Below are positions 30,045 through 40,716 of a stretch of DNA of 64,000 nt, in pieces. The stretch is from assembly GCA_965246715.1 (NCBI GenBank), contig CBDFFH010000015.1:192001-256000 (forward strand), read 5' to 3'. Each line of letters starts with the position of its first letter. Position 1 is the first letter of the stretch. The notes below the pieces were generated by a model. It did not search any database and had not been told where the DNA came from. It saw nothing but the letters and a program-made list of their open reading frames with translations. The position numbers were made by a program, and so were the translations under genes. This DNA comes from Chamaesiphon sp. (GTDB taxonomy: Bacteria; Cyanobacteriota; Cyanobacteriia; Cyanobacteriales; Chamaesiphonaceae).

Positions 30045-30632
30045 ATGCCAAAACTAATTGTCGCGACTAGCAATCCGGGTAAATTGAAAGAAATGCAAGC
30101 CTATCTCAGCGCTAGTGACTGGGAACTCAGCCTCAAACCTGCGGAATTAGATGTCGATGAAACGAGAGATAGTTTTGCCGCTAACGCCTGTCAGAAAGCC
30201 TCAGAAGTGGCGATCGCACTAAATTGTTGGGCGATTGCTGATGATTCGGGCTTACAGGTGGATGCGCTGGGTGGCGCGCCGGGGATCTATTCAGCACGGT
30301 ATGCCGACACAGATCCAGCTAGGATCGATCGAGTGTTGCGGGAATTAGGCGATAATCCCGATCGGGGCGCTCAATTTAGCTGTGCGGTAGCGGTAGCGCG
30401 TCCCGATGGCACGATTGCCGCCCAAGCAGAAGGGATCTGTCGAGGGGAAATCCTCACAGCTCCGCAGGGTGTGGATGGATTTGGTTACGATCCGATTTTT
30501 TATGTGCCAGAGCGACAACTTACTTTCGCCGAAATGTCCAAGGACATCAAACGCAGTATCAGTCACCGGGGCAAGGCATTTGCGATCGTTAACAACCAGC
30601 TAGCTCAGATCGCCAGTCACGATCGGATCTAA
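30045..30632 (+). CDS. rdgB: Non-canonical purine NTP pyrophosphatase (RdgB/HAM1)
   Basis: ATSNPGK, ADDSGL, PGIYSAR, GFGYDPIF, SHRG. Confidence 0.95.
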   Translation: MPKLIVATSNPGKLKEMQAYLSASDWELSLKPAELDVDETRDSFAANACQKASEVAIALNCWAIADDSGLQVDALGGAPGIYSARYADTDPARIDRVLRELGDNPDRGAQFSCAVAVARPDGTIAAQAEGICRGEILTAPQGVDGFGYDPIFYVPERQLTFAEMSKDIKRSISHRGKAFAIVNNQLAQIASHDRI

Positions 30633-32291
30633 ATCTTTTTTGGTACCAAACCGATCTTTATGTGGGTTGCGCGGAAACTTTTTAACCCGCTCGCGATTAA
30701 CCCACCAATCTTCTTCCCGATATTCGCTGAACTCTGGGATGGAGTCGGTTCTAATTACTGCGAGCTTAGGACTATTCATGCCCCTAATCAATAGTGCCAA
30801 GGTGTCCCGATGATAGTGAATATCGACTCCGGCTGCGGACATTTCTTGAGTATTCGTACCCCAAGCAATAATATCCGCTAATCTCGCAGCATCTGCTAGC
30901 AAAAATGAAGAGAGTGCGATTTGTTTTTCGCCATCGATAACTGTCTGCTTGATCGCGGTATCGGTAGAAAAAATCGCTAGTTTGATGTTCGTCAGACATC
31001 GAGCTAAAACGCGCTCATCAAATGGCCCGATTCGAGCGATTACCGTATCTCCCGCTGGAGAGATTTCGCTATCGTCTGCTTCTAAAACATTGAGCATGGG
31101 CAATGTCTCTTTTTTACCACTGAGATCGAGTTGTCCTAAAAATACATGCCGTTCGTAACCAGCCGGAATTCCTGTAAAATAAATCGGTAGATCTCGACCC
31201 GATCGCACGATCTTATGTAATGCTAGATCGAGCGTATTAATCGGCCAACCCAGATCTTTGACAGCCAATAGCTTCGTCTGTCCTGGCTGGAGAATGGTGA
31301 GCGCATTGAGCAATAAACCCATTGCTTCTTCGATATTTTGGGTGTAAATATAGCGATCGGGTGCGTGCATACTCACGATGCCATTAGCTACGCATGCGTC
31401 TAAATCGGCACTAACGGGACTATTTTCGACGACATGCGTGAATCTCACGATGCCATATTGACAAGTTCTGGGTTGCGAATAATCACTAAATAACCACTCA
31501 GCAATCTTCTTCGATGCTGCATAAATATCGGGAGTAAAGTATCGCGAAGCTTTGCCTGTTGAAGAAAAAATACAAGCTTCGACTCGATTATTTTCACATA
31601 GCTTGATGATATTATCGCAGCCTAAAATATTAGTGCTGACAGTTTGATGAATTTGAATTTCAGCCAATCCTGGCAATCTTTCTGCTGCCAAATGAAATAC
31701 GATCTGTGGCTGCTCGATATCAAAGATCGCTTGGAGCGATCGCACATCGCGAACGTCGCCATAATAATAAGCAACGGGAATACTTATGTCGCTGGAAGTA
31801 GCATCGATGGCAACTCGTTGTGAACGATCTGTTGTGATATCGACGGAAACAATCTTTTTGACACCAAATTGTTGGAGCTTGGCAATTAAATTAGTAGCGA
31901 CGAAACCTTGGCCTCCAGTTACTAATACTACTTTATTTTTTAAAGCCGCTGTAACTTTTGGCAGATCGATCGCAATCTGGCGCTGATAAACTTCAGTAAA
32001 AGGATCGATGGTTAAGCTATTACGACCCGATATACCGATCAGATCGCTAGTTAATTCCTTCAATCTTGATAATACTTTTGGTAACAGTACCTGTTGCGAT
32101 CCAACAGGGGCTGTTGACCAGATTGATTCAAGGACAGCATTTCTAGATAAAGCTCGCGACAGTACCATGATATATTTTCTCTCGATCTGATAGTTGAGAT
32201 CGCAAGCCTCTTTCATCTGGCTTTTGCTTAGCGACGCTCGCATAAAAACATGGTGACGATCGAACGTACGAGATGTTTCCAATTGGCTCAA
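30600..32291 (-). CDS. CapD-like NDP-sugar epimerase/dehydratase (polysaccharide biosynthesis)
   Basis: VLVTGGQGFV, VFHLAA, TNILG, YAASK; start uncertain. Confidence 0.75.
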   Translation of the reverse strand: MSQLETSRTFDRHHVFMRASLSKSQMKEACDLNYQIERKYIMVLSRALSRNAVLESIWSTAPVGSQQVLLPKVLSRLKELTSDLIGISGRNSLTIDPFTEVYQRQIAIDLPKVTAALKNKVVLVTGGQGFVATNLIAKLQQFGVKKIVSVDITTDRSQRVAIDATSSDISIPVAYYYGDVRDVRSLQAIFDIEQPQIVFHLAAERLPGLAEIQIHQTVSTNILGCDNIIKLCENNRVEACIFSSTGKASRYFTPDIYAASKKIAEWLFSDYSQPRTCQYGIVRFTHVVENSPVSADLDACVANGIVSMHAPDRYIYTQNIEEAMGLLLNALTILQPGQTKLLAVKDLGWPINTLDLALHKIVRSGRDLPIYFTGIPAGYERHVFLGQLDLSGKKETLPMLNVLEADDSEISPAGDTVIARIGPFDERVLARCLTNIKLAIFSTDTAIKQTVIDGEKQIALSSFLLADAARLADIIAWGTNTQEMSAAGVDIHYHRDTLALLIRGMNSPKLAVIRTDSIPEFSEYREEDWWVNRERVKKFPRNPHKDRFGTKKDLDPIVTGDLS

Positions 32292-32679
32292 CTAATGTCA
32301 AAGAATTATTTAGCTTGATATTAGTAAATATTAGGCGATCGATTTCTAACTTAAATCAGCAAATTATCTCAACTAAAGTATGTACAAATAGCTTAGGCTA
32401 TATATTCGATCCTAGTGCGAGTCAGAGCATCGCCAAGTTTATATTCGCGATCGGTTGGAGTCTCAGCAAGAGCTATCTGGCAAAATTCTACCGTAATAAG
32501 CCGATTGAAATCACTCGCTACAAACCCGATTCATAGTTTTAAGATATCATAAAATTTGCCTAGTCGCGCTAGTAATTAGGCAATCAAATGCGATCGACTA
32601 GATTGAAATCTCCTGAAGCTTAAGCAATATTCTAGTTATTTAATAGCTATTTCATAGTGGACTACAAGGCTCGGCACTT

Positions 32680-33639
32680 TTATTTCAATTTGTTGATGAT
32701 ACTTATTGCCATTTTAGGTGTTGTTAATTTAGGAACTTTAGCCAAGATCGCGGATTCCCAGGTCTCAAATCTTTGCTGAGGTTGAGTATCGCGCTTATCG
32801 ATAATATTCATGGCTAATGTCTCTGCACTGACTATTCCTGACTTTGCCATGCACAGAGTCAGATCGCCGAGATTTAACGTGTTAATTAAATTTAGGGTTC
32901 TCGCCAATTTTTCGGGGTCTACAGCTCCGAAGGCATCGGACTTGACTCGATCTTTTGGAGGAGTAGTAGTGGGTGCGGTCTTTTTCGCTGTTGTTGCCTT
33001 CTTGCGCGTCGAGGCTGGTGGTGGTAACTCAATGCTGTTGACCGCTGATGTTAACTGCTGGGGTTGAACTTCTAACTTTTCTGGCTTCTTCTCGGCTTTA
33101 GGATTAACTGTGCGACGAGGCTTTAAGATTGCTAAAATCTGTTTGTGTCGATCGAGTTCGAGGCTAACGGTATCGAGCTGTTGTTGTATCGGTTGCACCT
33201 GTTGCGAGATTTCAGCTCTAAGCTGTAAAGCCAATCGATCGAACAAATCGTGCGGTGACACAGCAGCAGTATCAGCGGTTATCTTCGCAATCGGTAGATC
33301 GATCTTCGTCGGAGTGGATATTATCTGCGATTTAGTTTGCGATAATATTGTCAGTTGAGCGAGTGCAACCTGCCGAACATCCTCGGGAATTATAAAAGCA
33401 TTAACTGTTTCTGCTTTCCGTGAATCTTTTTCTTTAGCTCTGACTGCTGCATAATACTCTAAATCTCCCTGAAGAATACTATATCGATCTACAGATGTTT
33501 GCGTGAGGATCAGCGGACGAATCAATCCGCCAGTTGCTAAAATTAAATCTGCCAATCGTTCGATTTCTGAATCATCAAACTCAGAAATCGATATCTCCGA
33601 GCTAATATTTATAATATCTACAAACAAACATTTAATCAT
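32680..33639 (-). CDS. ParB-N-like protein with low-complexity linker
   Basis: IERLADLILATGGLIRPLIL...YSILQGDLEYYAA; directly downstream of the ParA-like gene. Confidence 0.7.
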   Translation of the reverse strand: MIKCLFVDIINISSEISISEFDDSEIERLADLILATGGLIRPLILTQTSVDRYSILQGDLEYYAAVRAKEKDSRKAETVNAFIIPEDVRQVALAQLTILSQTKSQIISTPTKIDLPIAKITADTAAVSPHDLFDRLALQLRAEISQQVQPIQQQLDTVSLELDRHKQILAILKPRRTVNPKAEKKPEKLEVQPQQLTSAVNSIELPPPASTRKKATTAKKTAPTTTPPKDRVKSDAFGAVDPEKLARTLNLINTLNLGDLTLCMAKSGIVSAETLAMNIIDKRDTQPQQRFETWESAILAKVPKLTTPKMAISIINKLK

Positions 33640-33666
33640 TGGTGTAAATTATTTTTACAGGTTAAT

Positions 33667-35037
33667 CTATTTCTTTAAACCCATCTTGCTTAACACTTCA
33701 TCTGCCAGAACTTCAAATTCCATTGCGGATATTTGAGCGGTACTTTTGACTTCATCGGCATATTTGAAAATTGATTTAGGATCTGGATATTCTAATCCAC
33801 CGACGATGACAGTTTTATTAAAAGATTCGGATAATGCCGTGCGATCGTAAATTACTGACTCCATAAGCGGCATTCCATATCGTCGGCTGATTACTTCTCG
33901 CTGCTTGGGAAAAGTATACTCGAGATATCGAGCATTAGTAGATATTTTAGATGCCAATACGCCCAACAGTTCGATCGGTTTTCTGCCAAATGAATAGCGG
34001 TTTTCATTAATGCTTCTAATAAACTCCTTGACTGTTGGCAAACCCTGATTTGCAAATGGTTTGAGATCGGAGGGGATTAACAAATAGTCAGCAGTAATTA
34101 GCGCGATTTCCGCATAAATATCGCGTGAAGGAGGAGTATCGATAATTACTAGATCGTAATCATTTTCGACTTGCTTGAGTTTAGCAATCAATCTAGTACG
34201 ACTGGAGACTTTTGTTGTCAATTCGCCTTGATTGACGATCAGATTAATATGTGCTGGAATTACTCCAATTTCTGGATCGCTAAAATACTCTGACACGCGC
34301 ACGATTTCGGAGATCGAGCCAGTCTCTGCACTAGCAATCAAATTATAAACATTCCGCTCGCGTAGATCGTCATCTTCCTCAAATTCAAACTTGACTAACC
34401 CGGTTGCAAAGGTACTATTTGCCTGAGCATCGATATCGATGAGTAACACTCGATAACCTTTTATACTAAAAGCTGCAGCTAGATTGGTAGAAACTGTAGT
34501 TTTACCGACTCCGCCTTTATTGTGATAGATAGCAATAGTTTTCATAGATGATGCGCTAGGAGCTAAAGGTTGTGTGCGAACAGCTGCGGTTTTAATCGAT
34601 AATAGTTGAGATTGTAAACGATCGCGTCCGATTAATTCGATCATCTCGGGCAATCGATCTTCGATATCTCTACCCTTGCAATTAAATACCAGTTCGATCG
34701 AACCTAGCGAGTGTTGATAAATTCTTAATTCCTTGCCATTGGTTAACAAGCCGTAACAAATATTCAAGCTGGTTAAATAACGACGGATTTGATGAACGTG
34801 ATTGTCGAGATTCTTGCGAGGATGCTTGGCTTCAATTATCAGTCCCAATGGCGATTTGACATCTAATTTAAAAGGTCGAGCTTCGGTAAAAACTAAAAAG
34901 TCAAGTCGAATACTCCCAAAAGTTACCTCTTGATGCCAAGTCTCAGGAGCATATCCTAGTTTTGGGAGTAAATATCGCACGATTAGCTTACTTTCAACTT
35001 CGCTCTCGTTCCGACACAGCTCGGGATTGAACTTCAA
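33667..35037 (-). CDS. HsdR_N-like PD-(D/E)XK domain fused to a ParA/Soj ATPase
   Basis: NESEVE...RLDF...IIEAK...Q..RY...LLTNG, then HNKGGVGKTT, IDIDAQAN, IIDTPP. Confidence 0.85.
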   Translation of the reverse strand: MKFNPELCRNESEVESKLIVRYLLPKLGYAPETWHQEVTFGSIRLDFLVFTEARPFKLDVKSPLGLIIEAKHPRKNLDNHVHQIRRYLTSLNICYGLLTNGKELRIYQHSLGSIELVFNCKGRDIEDRLPEMIELIGRDRLQSQLLSIKTAAVRTQPLAPSASSMKTIAIYHNKGGVGKTTVSTNLAAAFSIKGYRVLLIDIDAQANSTFATGLVKFEFEEDDDLRERNVYNLIASAETGSISEIVRVSEYFSDPEIGVIPAHINLIVNQGELTTKVSSRTRLIAKLKQVENDYDLVIIDTPPSRDIYAEIALITADYLLIPSDLKPFANQGLPTVKEFIRSINENRYSFGRKPIELLGVLASKISTNARYLEYTFPKQREVISRRYGMPLMESVIYDRTALSESFNKTVIVGGLEYPDPKSIFKYADEVKSTAQISAMEFEVLADEVLSKMGLKK

Positions 35038-35234
35038 GATCGACCTCTAACTTTAGTACTGAAAATATCATAGATAACGAATCTATACTAGGTAAAATTT
35101 TGCTCTGAGTGGTGAATAGTTTGGCGATCGCTTGACATTTACCTGCAATACAATTAATTCCAGAAAATTTGACGCACCAATTTTACCAGATAAAAATAAT
35201 TAACTGAAAATCGACCATCTCGATCGATTAGAGA

Positions 35235-35474
35235 TTAACGTGTAATACCTCTAATCATATATCCCATCACCAATCCAACAGCTAAAGCGCCAGCTTTTCC
35301 AGTTTGGAGAAAGTCCGTCCAACCATTTTGAATATTGGCCATCAGATCCACATTTTGCATCTGTTGTGCTAAAACTAAGCCATGAGTAGTAACATCAAAG
35401 TGCAAGGCTAAATCGGTGCCGATTACTGTCACTGAGGGCAAACCGTGCGTCATCGCGAAGATGGTTAGTTGCAT
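35235..35474 (-). CDS. Small membrane hypothetical protein
   Basis: C-terminal FLQTGKAGALAVGLVMGYMIR. Confidence 0.65.
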   Translation of the reverse strand: MQLTIFAMTHGLPSVTVIGTDLALHFDVTTHGLVLAQQMQNVDLMANIQNGWTDFLQTGKAGALAVGLVMGYMIRGITR

Positions 35475-35552
35475 AAATAAATCTCAATTATGATGATAAT
35501 TATGCTTATTATGCCCGTGCGCGATCTCGAATCGATCGAGTCGCTGCTAATG

Positions 35553-36890
35553 TTATTTAGGTACAACAGCAAAATTGCGTTCCGGATCGCCAAAATAGGC
35601 TGGCTGTCGATCGTGTTTGGTGACAACTAACGGTACTGGTGTAACTCGACCCCAGGCTTGCAGCAACGATTGGAGCAATGTATCCTGCTGTTGGCGCAGT
35701 TTGGGAATTTGCGAGCCTTTATTGACGATTACAAACCAAACTAACCCGCGATTGGCAGTTGGTAGTACCCCCGCTAGAGCACTCACCTCATTGAGCGTAC
35801 CTGTTTTGATCGTCGCGCCCACTGGTAACTGTCGGTCTTTGAGCGTGCCGATCTGTTCTGCGCCAGCTACGGGAAAGATATCTGCTAAGTTGAGATTTGC
35901 CGCTTGCAGCGTCTGGTGCAGGGTGCGAAAAATCTGACTGACGGCACGGGGAGAGATCCGATTTTGGACTCCCAAGCCAGAACCATTAATTAATTGAATC
36001 TCTGCTGGTGGAAAGTTGGCGGTAGTCGCGACGATATTCATCACCCGATCGGCTCCACCGACACCATCTGCTAAAATTTGAGCGATTTCGTTATTACTAT
36101 AGATATTCATCTGCCGCACGATATCGACTAGCGGCAAGGAGCGATGGCGGATCAAGGGTATGCTGTTGGGCGGTGGCGCGATTGAGATAATTACTTTGCC
36201 GCTGATTGGCGCTTGTGGCAGCTTTGTTGGATCGGTTGTTGGTGCTGTTGGCAGCTTGACGATATTGACATCTTTAAAGTCGGTTTTGAGCAGTGCTGGT
36301 GGCAGATTTATCCCCGTTAAGGCTTTCTTGAGCAATTCTCCAGCTTTTTGCGGATCTGCTTGATAGTTCATGTGGAAGTTACCGACGACGATTAGATTCC
36401 CGCTAATCCGATTTATTCCTAATTTATTCAAACTTTGCGCTAACGCGATCGCATCTTCCCAGACGAATAACGGATCGCCGCCCCCACGAACGATCAAATT
36501 GCCGACTAATACTCCCTGTTCGATCTTGCCGTCAGTGCCGATTTCAGTATCGAATGTTTTATCCAGTCCCCACTTGGTAATTGCGGCCAGCGAAGTGGCT
36601 GTTTTGGTCAGGGAGGCTACCGGAACGGGAATCGTACTGTTGCGATCGATTAACACGTTACCATCGGTACGCAGCCAAACTGCTTGCTGTTTGGGATCTA
36701 ACCCTTGTGCTTTGAGCGTCAGCAGATAGCGATCGATTATTTGTTGCACTCCTGGCTCTACTGGCGTAGGTGGCGTGAGCCAGGATAATCCTTGCCAAGT
36801 GATGGCTTGAGCTGGAGACGCTACCTGCGGATTAACTCCCGCTAGATTTAACCACATTCCCACGAATCCAGACGAAACTAATTGCAACAT
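35553..36890 (-). CDS. D-Ala-D-Ala carboxypeptidase, peptidase S13 (DacB-like)
   Basis: ASLTK, GGGDP, SNN, NGSGL, KTGTL. Confidence 0.9.
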   Translation of the reverse strand: MLQLVSSGFVGMWLNLAGVNPQVASPAQAITWQGLSWLTPPTPVEPGVQQIIDRYLLTLKAQGLDPKQQAVWLRTDGNVLIDRNSTIPVPVASLTKTATSLAAITKWGLDKTFDTEIGTDGKIEQGVLVGNLIVRGGGDPLFVWEDAIALAQSLNKLGINRISGNLIVVGNFHMNYQADPQKAGELLKKALTGINLPPALLKTDFKDVNIVKLPTAPTTDPTKLPQAPISGKVIISIAPPPNSIPLIRHRSLPLVDIVRQMNIYSNNEIAQILADGVGGADRVMNIVATTANFPPAEIQLINGSGLGVQNRISPRAVSQIFRTLHQTLQAANLNLADIFPVAGAEQIGTLKDRQLPVGATIKTGTLNEVSALAGVLPTANRGLVWFVIVNKGSQIPKLRQQQDTLLQSLLQAWGRVTPVPLVVTKHDRQPAYFGDPERNFAVVPK

Positions 36891-37130
36891 GTTGTTAGTG
36901 CGATCGATTACAGCAGCTTGTTGGTCGATTATGTATCATGACATCATATCTGCTCTCGCTACGGAGTTACTATTAAATTTACTAGTTAATCGTCACTGGT
37001 CTTCATACCGAGCGCTATGCTCAAATCTGTAATAATTCCGTCGACACCGATCGAGTTTCGTCGAGATGGGCTATGATATTTACTTAATATTTGCCCCGAA
37101 TCTTTATTCTTTTTAAACAAATTTCGATCC

Positions 37131-37553
37131 ATGAATTCAGTTATTACTGGCGGAAGATCGGTCACCGATAGGATTCTCATCGTTGATGATTCCCCCGAAA
37201 TATTGTCCTTAACCGATGCTATTTTATCCTCCGCAGGCTATGAGGTTATTTCCTATGCTGAAGGATTAATCGCGCTGCAGATTATGGAGTTGATGCCGCC
37301 AGATCTGATTATTTTGGATATCACCATGCCCGAAATCGATGGGTATGAAATGACTAGACGGATCAGAAGCAACCCAAAGTGGGACATGCTACCGATTTTG
37401 TTATCTACAGCACTCGATCGCTCTCAAGCTGTCTTAGGATTAGAATGCGGTGCCGACGACATTCTCAGCAAGCCATTCTCGATCGATGACTTACTAGGCA
37501 AAGTGAGTTTATTGCTGCACTCACGTTACCGTCAACAATTGCGAGCTAGTTGA
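37131..37553 (+). CDS. Single-domain response regulator
   Basis: ILIVDD, DLIILDITMP, KPF. Confidence 0.9.
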   Translation: MNSVITGGRSVTDRILIVDDSPEILSLTDAILSSAGYEVISYAEGLIALQIMELMPPDLIILDITMPEIDGYEMTRRIRSNPKWDMLPILLSTALDRSQAVLGLECGADDILSKPFSIDDLLGKVSLLLHSRYRQQLRAS

Positions 37554-37729
37554 GAGATAGGGACTTGTTTGGATCCAAGTATTCTCGTCACGTTGATTCG
37601 TGTCGATCGCTCGTTCTTACGCCAAGATCCAGCTAAATTCGACGATTTACCCGATCGATTGCCGGAAAATATGACTCCCATATTAGTTCGATCGAGTGAA
37701 ATTTGTCGAGGATGAGACTCAAAAGCTAT

Positions 37730-39142
37730 TTATAAATATTCAGCCAATCTCGGTCTGAGTCCGAATAAAGTTAAGATGGCGATGCTACCGATCGAGACAC
37801 AAGCAATAACTTCAAAATTATTCAAATTATTGAATCCAGCAGTTATTTTTGCTTCAAAAGCTTGCTCATTAATGAGTTTTACTTTTTGATTTGCTGCCTT
37901 ATATTGCTCGAATGCCCAATTTGATTGCCCTGGATTATTCCCAGTACATAAGGCGATTGCTTCGGCAATTTTGCCACTCTGATATAACTGGCGAATCTCT
38001 CCATCGATTTTGAGATATTCATCTAATTTAGTCAGCGTTTCAATTGTTCCCGCTAGCTCTCCTTCAAAAGTGAGATTTTTTAACTGCTCGGCATACAAGC
38101 CCGTAAATCCACTCAGCTGAAATTTTTGCTCTCCTGACAATTTTTTGAGATTGGCAATCACACTTTTTAAAGTTGTACCCTGTGGCAACGTGACAAGTTT
38201 AGCAATCTTCACTTTGAAGGCGCGATCGTGTTTATCTTTATTTTCAGTGTCTACTAGATAGCGACTCTCATCAGCATTAGCCATGTATGACAAAGCACGA
38301 GCTTGGCGGAGGCTATGAATCGAGTCGAAAGCATCTTCTTTAGCAACTTTGAGATTGTTAGTCGCACTGACGATCGAATTCATCGTGTAGCCTAAAAATA
38401 AGAGCGCGATCGCACTAGCACCGAGCAACGGCAAATTGATCGTCCGGCGCATTCGTTGATAGATAAATAACTGAAGCAGTCCTAAAATACCGATTAGAGC
38501 GAGTCCGATTAAGGCGATAATTAAAGATATAATTCCATTATATATACCTCGATCGTTATAAGTGCCTTCTAACTCTTGAGAATTTACTCGATCGAGTTGT
38601 TCTGCTTGCGGTAAAATATCGCGATCGATTAGATCTGCAGCAGTTCGATACACAGTCAAAGCGCCAACTCGATCGCCACGTCTGCGCGCATCTCGTGCTT
38701 CCTGCAACCTTAAAAAATATTCGCTACCTTTAAGTTGTAAATCTTGGACGAGCTTTTCTTCATTTGGATATGTAATGTTCTTTGCCACAGATACCAATCG
38801 CTCGGCAATTTTCTTCTGATTCTTTTCAAAATCTGCAAATACTTGAGTTAGTTCTTTTTGATTTTTAACTGGATCTAATAATAATTCATTGGCTAAACTT
38901 GCATCGATATCGGCAAATGAATCTCTAAGTTGTTGAGCAGCCAAGATACTTGGTGCGGCATCTTTACCCACTGTTTTAATAGTTTGGCGCTGAGAACCCA
39001 CTCCGGAGATACTGACTAATAATAATAGTAAACTCGCCCCCCAGACTGCGTATAAACCACTGCGCAAAAGCTGTGGCGTATTAAATTTCTTGGTAATGTT
39101 CTGCGTTGGCTTGGGAATAGAGTTCATGTAACTATGCTCCAA
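37730..39142 (-). CDS. Membrane protein with two helical extracytoplasmic domains
   Basis: Four hydrophobic segments flanking two ~150-aa helical regions (DAAPSILAA / DAFDSIHSL). Confidence 0.7.
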   Translation of the reverse strand: MEHSYMNSIPKPTQNITKKFNTPQLLRSGLYAVWGASLLLLLVSISGVGSQRQTIKTVGKDAAPSILAAQQLRDSFADIDASLANELLLDPVKNQKELTQVFADFEKNQKKIAERLVSVAKNITYPNEEKLVQDLQLKGSEYFLRLQEARDARRRGDRVGALTVYRTAADLIDRDILPQAEQLDRVNSQELEGTYNDRGIYNGIISLIIALIGLALIGILGLLQLFIYQRMRRTINLPLLGASAIALLFLGYTMNSIVSATNNLKVAKEDAFDSIHSLRQARALSYMANADESRYLVDTENKDKHDRAFKVKIAKLVTLPQGTTLKSVIANLKKLSGEQKFQLSGFTGLYAEQLKNLTFEGELAGTIETLTKLDEYLKIDGEIRQLYQSGKIAEAIALCTGNNPGQSNWAFEQYKAANQKVKLINEQAFEAKITAGFNNLNNFEVIACVSIGSIAILTLFGLRPRLAEYL

Positions 39143-39476
39143 TTATAAATATCGAAATCATCAAATCGATCCGATCGAACTGTTGATTGGGACGATCTTA
39201 GCTATATATGTCGATCCCGTTCCGGTCATTTGGGATATTCGGTACCGTAGAGTAGTATTTTAGCCCCTGGATGGGAGCATCGGCATCACCTAATCTTGTC
39301 AAGTAGATAAAGTGCCAAAGCGACTGCTATTTAAAGAGTGCTCTTTTCTCGATTTGAGTGTTTACCCTTTATCGCGATCGGCCGATGTACTACTAGTCAC
39401 AAATCTTAATGGAAATTCTCATCAAATTATCCTAAGCTATCCAAATAGTGGGTATTTAATATTCGGAAATTTTAAT

Positions 39477-40193
39477 ATGAGTTCTAATTTAGCTACTAAA
39501 CTCCGCGAAGGTACCAAAAAGTCTCACAGTATGGCTGAGAGCACGGGCTTCATTGCCTGTTTCCTCAAAGGTACCGTCGAGAAAAAATCCTACCGTAAGC
39601 TCGTAACAAACCTTTACTTCGTCTACTCGGCGATGGAAGAGGAAATGCACAAACACGCTCACGACCCGATTTTATCACGAGTCTTTTTCCCCGAACTCGA
39701 TCGCAAAGCTGCACTAGAGCAAGACTTAGCTTTTTATTATGGTGCCAACTGGCGCGAGCAAGTAGCACCTTCTGAGGCTACAAAGAAATATATCGCGCGC
39801 ATTCATGAAGTTGCCAATAGCGACCCCGCACTGATGGTCGCACACCTTTATACTCGCTACTTGGGCGACCTCTCCGGCGGTCAAATCCTCAAGAAAATCG
39901 CTCAGAACGCGATGAACCTCACTGATGGTGAAGGAACTGCTTTCTATGAGTTCGAGCAAATCCCTGATGAGAAGGTATTTAAAAACAATTACCGTCAAAT
40001 CATGAATGACTTACCCATCGACGAAGCTAAAGCTGATGAAGTCGTTGATGAAGCCAATGCTGCTTTTGATATGAACATGACCATGTTCAATGAATTAGAA
40101 GGTAATCTGATTAAAGCCATCGGCATTCAATTATTTAATCTCTTGACTCGCAAACGCAACCGCAACGAATCCGAACTAGCCACTGCGGAATAG
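39477..40193 (+). CDS. ho1: Heme oxygenase 1
   Basis: MSSNLATKLREGTKKSH, HLYTRYLGDLSGGQ. Confidence 0.95.
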   Translation: MSSNLATKLREGTKKSHSMAESTGFIACFLKGTVEKKSYRKLVTNLYFVYSAMEEEMHKHAHDPILSRVFFPELDRKAALEQDLAFYYGANWREQVAPSEATKKYIARIHEVANSDPALMVAHLYTRYLGDLSGGQILKKIAQNAMNLTDGEGTAFYEFEQIPDEKVFKNNYRQIMNDLPIDEAKADEVVDEANAAFDMNMTMFNELEGNLIKAIGIQLFNLLTRKRNRNESELATAE

Positions 40194-40249
40194 GAGATAG
40201 GGCTTCGAGTTTAGAACTATCCATTGCTCCAAATAATATAAATATTTAA

Positions 40250-40286
40250 AAATAGGATGATGGGCATTTTGCCCATCATCCTATTT
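40250..40286. terminator. Bidirectional terminator hairpin
   Basis: AAATAGGATGATGGGCA-TTT-TGCCCATCATCCTATTT between convergent genes. Confidence 0.75.
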
Positions 40287-40287
40287 G

Positions 40288-40716
40288 CTAATTTCTAACC
40301 CCTAACTCAAACTCACTCCACCGCCGACAGATTTGTTGATAACATTCTGGTGGTGGAGTTTTTAGGCGTTGACACCAGCCGATATCTAGATTTATGCCAG
40401 ATTCGATCGCAAAAACTAATTCGGTTTCTGGTCGATAATCAGCAACAGCAGGTAAGATAGATTCGATCGATTGTATCGGTACTAGCCATTCCTGCAAATA
40501 TAACGATAATTGCGGCTGAGGAATATACCGAAAATTAAGATTCGGTTCCGTACTACCCGCCCAAGTATAGTCAGAATCATCCATCCAATCCACATCGCTA
40601 CTGATGACGACTAACCCCCGATCGCCATGAAGATAGCCTTGCCAAGCATGGTACCCGATCCATAGGAAGTTTTGGGCGAACAGATCTGTACGGCGCGATC
40701 GATTATAGTGCCGCAT
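40288..40716 (-). CDS. Conserved cyanobacterial hypothetical protein
   Basis: IGYHAWQGY...GLV, PPECYQQICRRWSEF; ATG at 40716 overlaps the upstream stop. Confidence 0.7.
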   Translation of the reverse strand: MRHYNRSRRTDLFAQNFLWIGYHAWQGYLHGDRGLVVISSDVDWMDDSDYTWAGSTEPNLNFRYIPQPQLSLYLQEWLVPIQSIESILPAVADYRPETELVFAIESGINLDIGWCQRLKTPPPECYQQICRRWSEFELGVRN

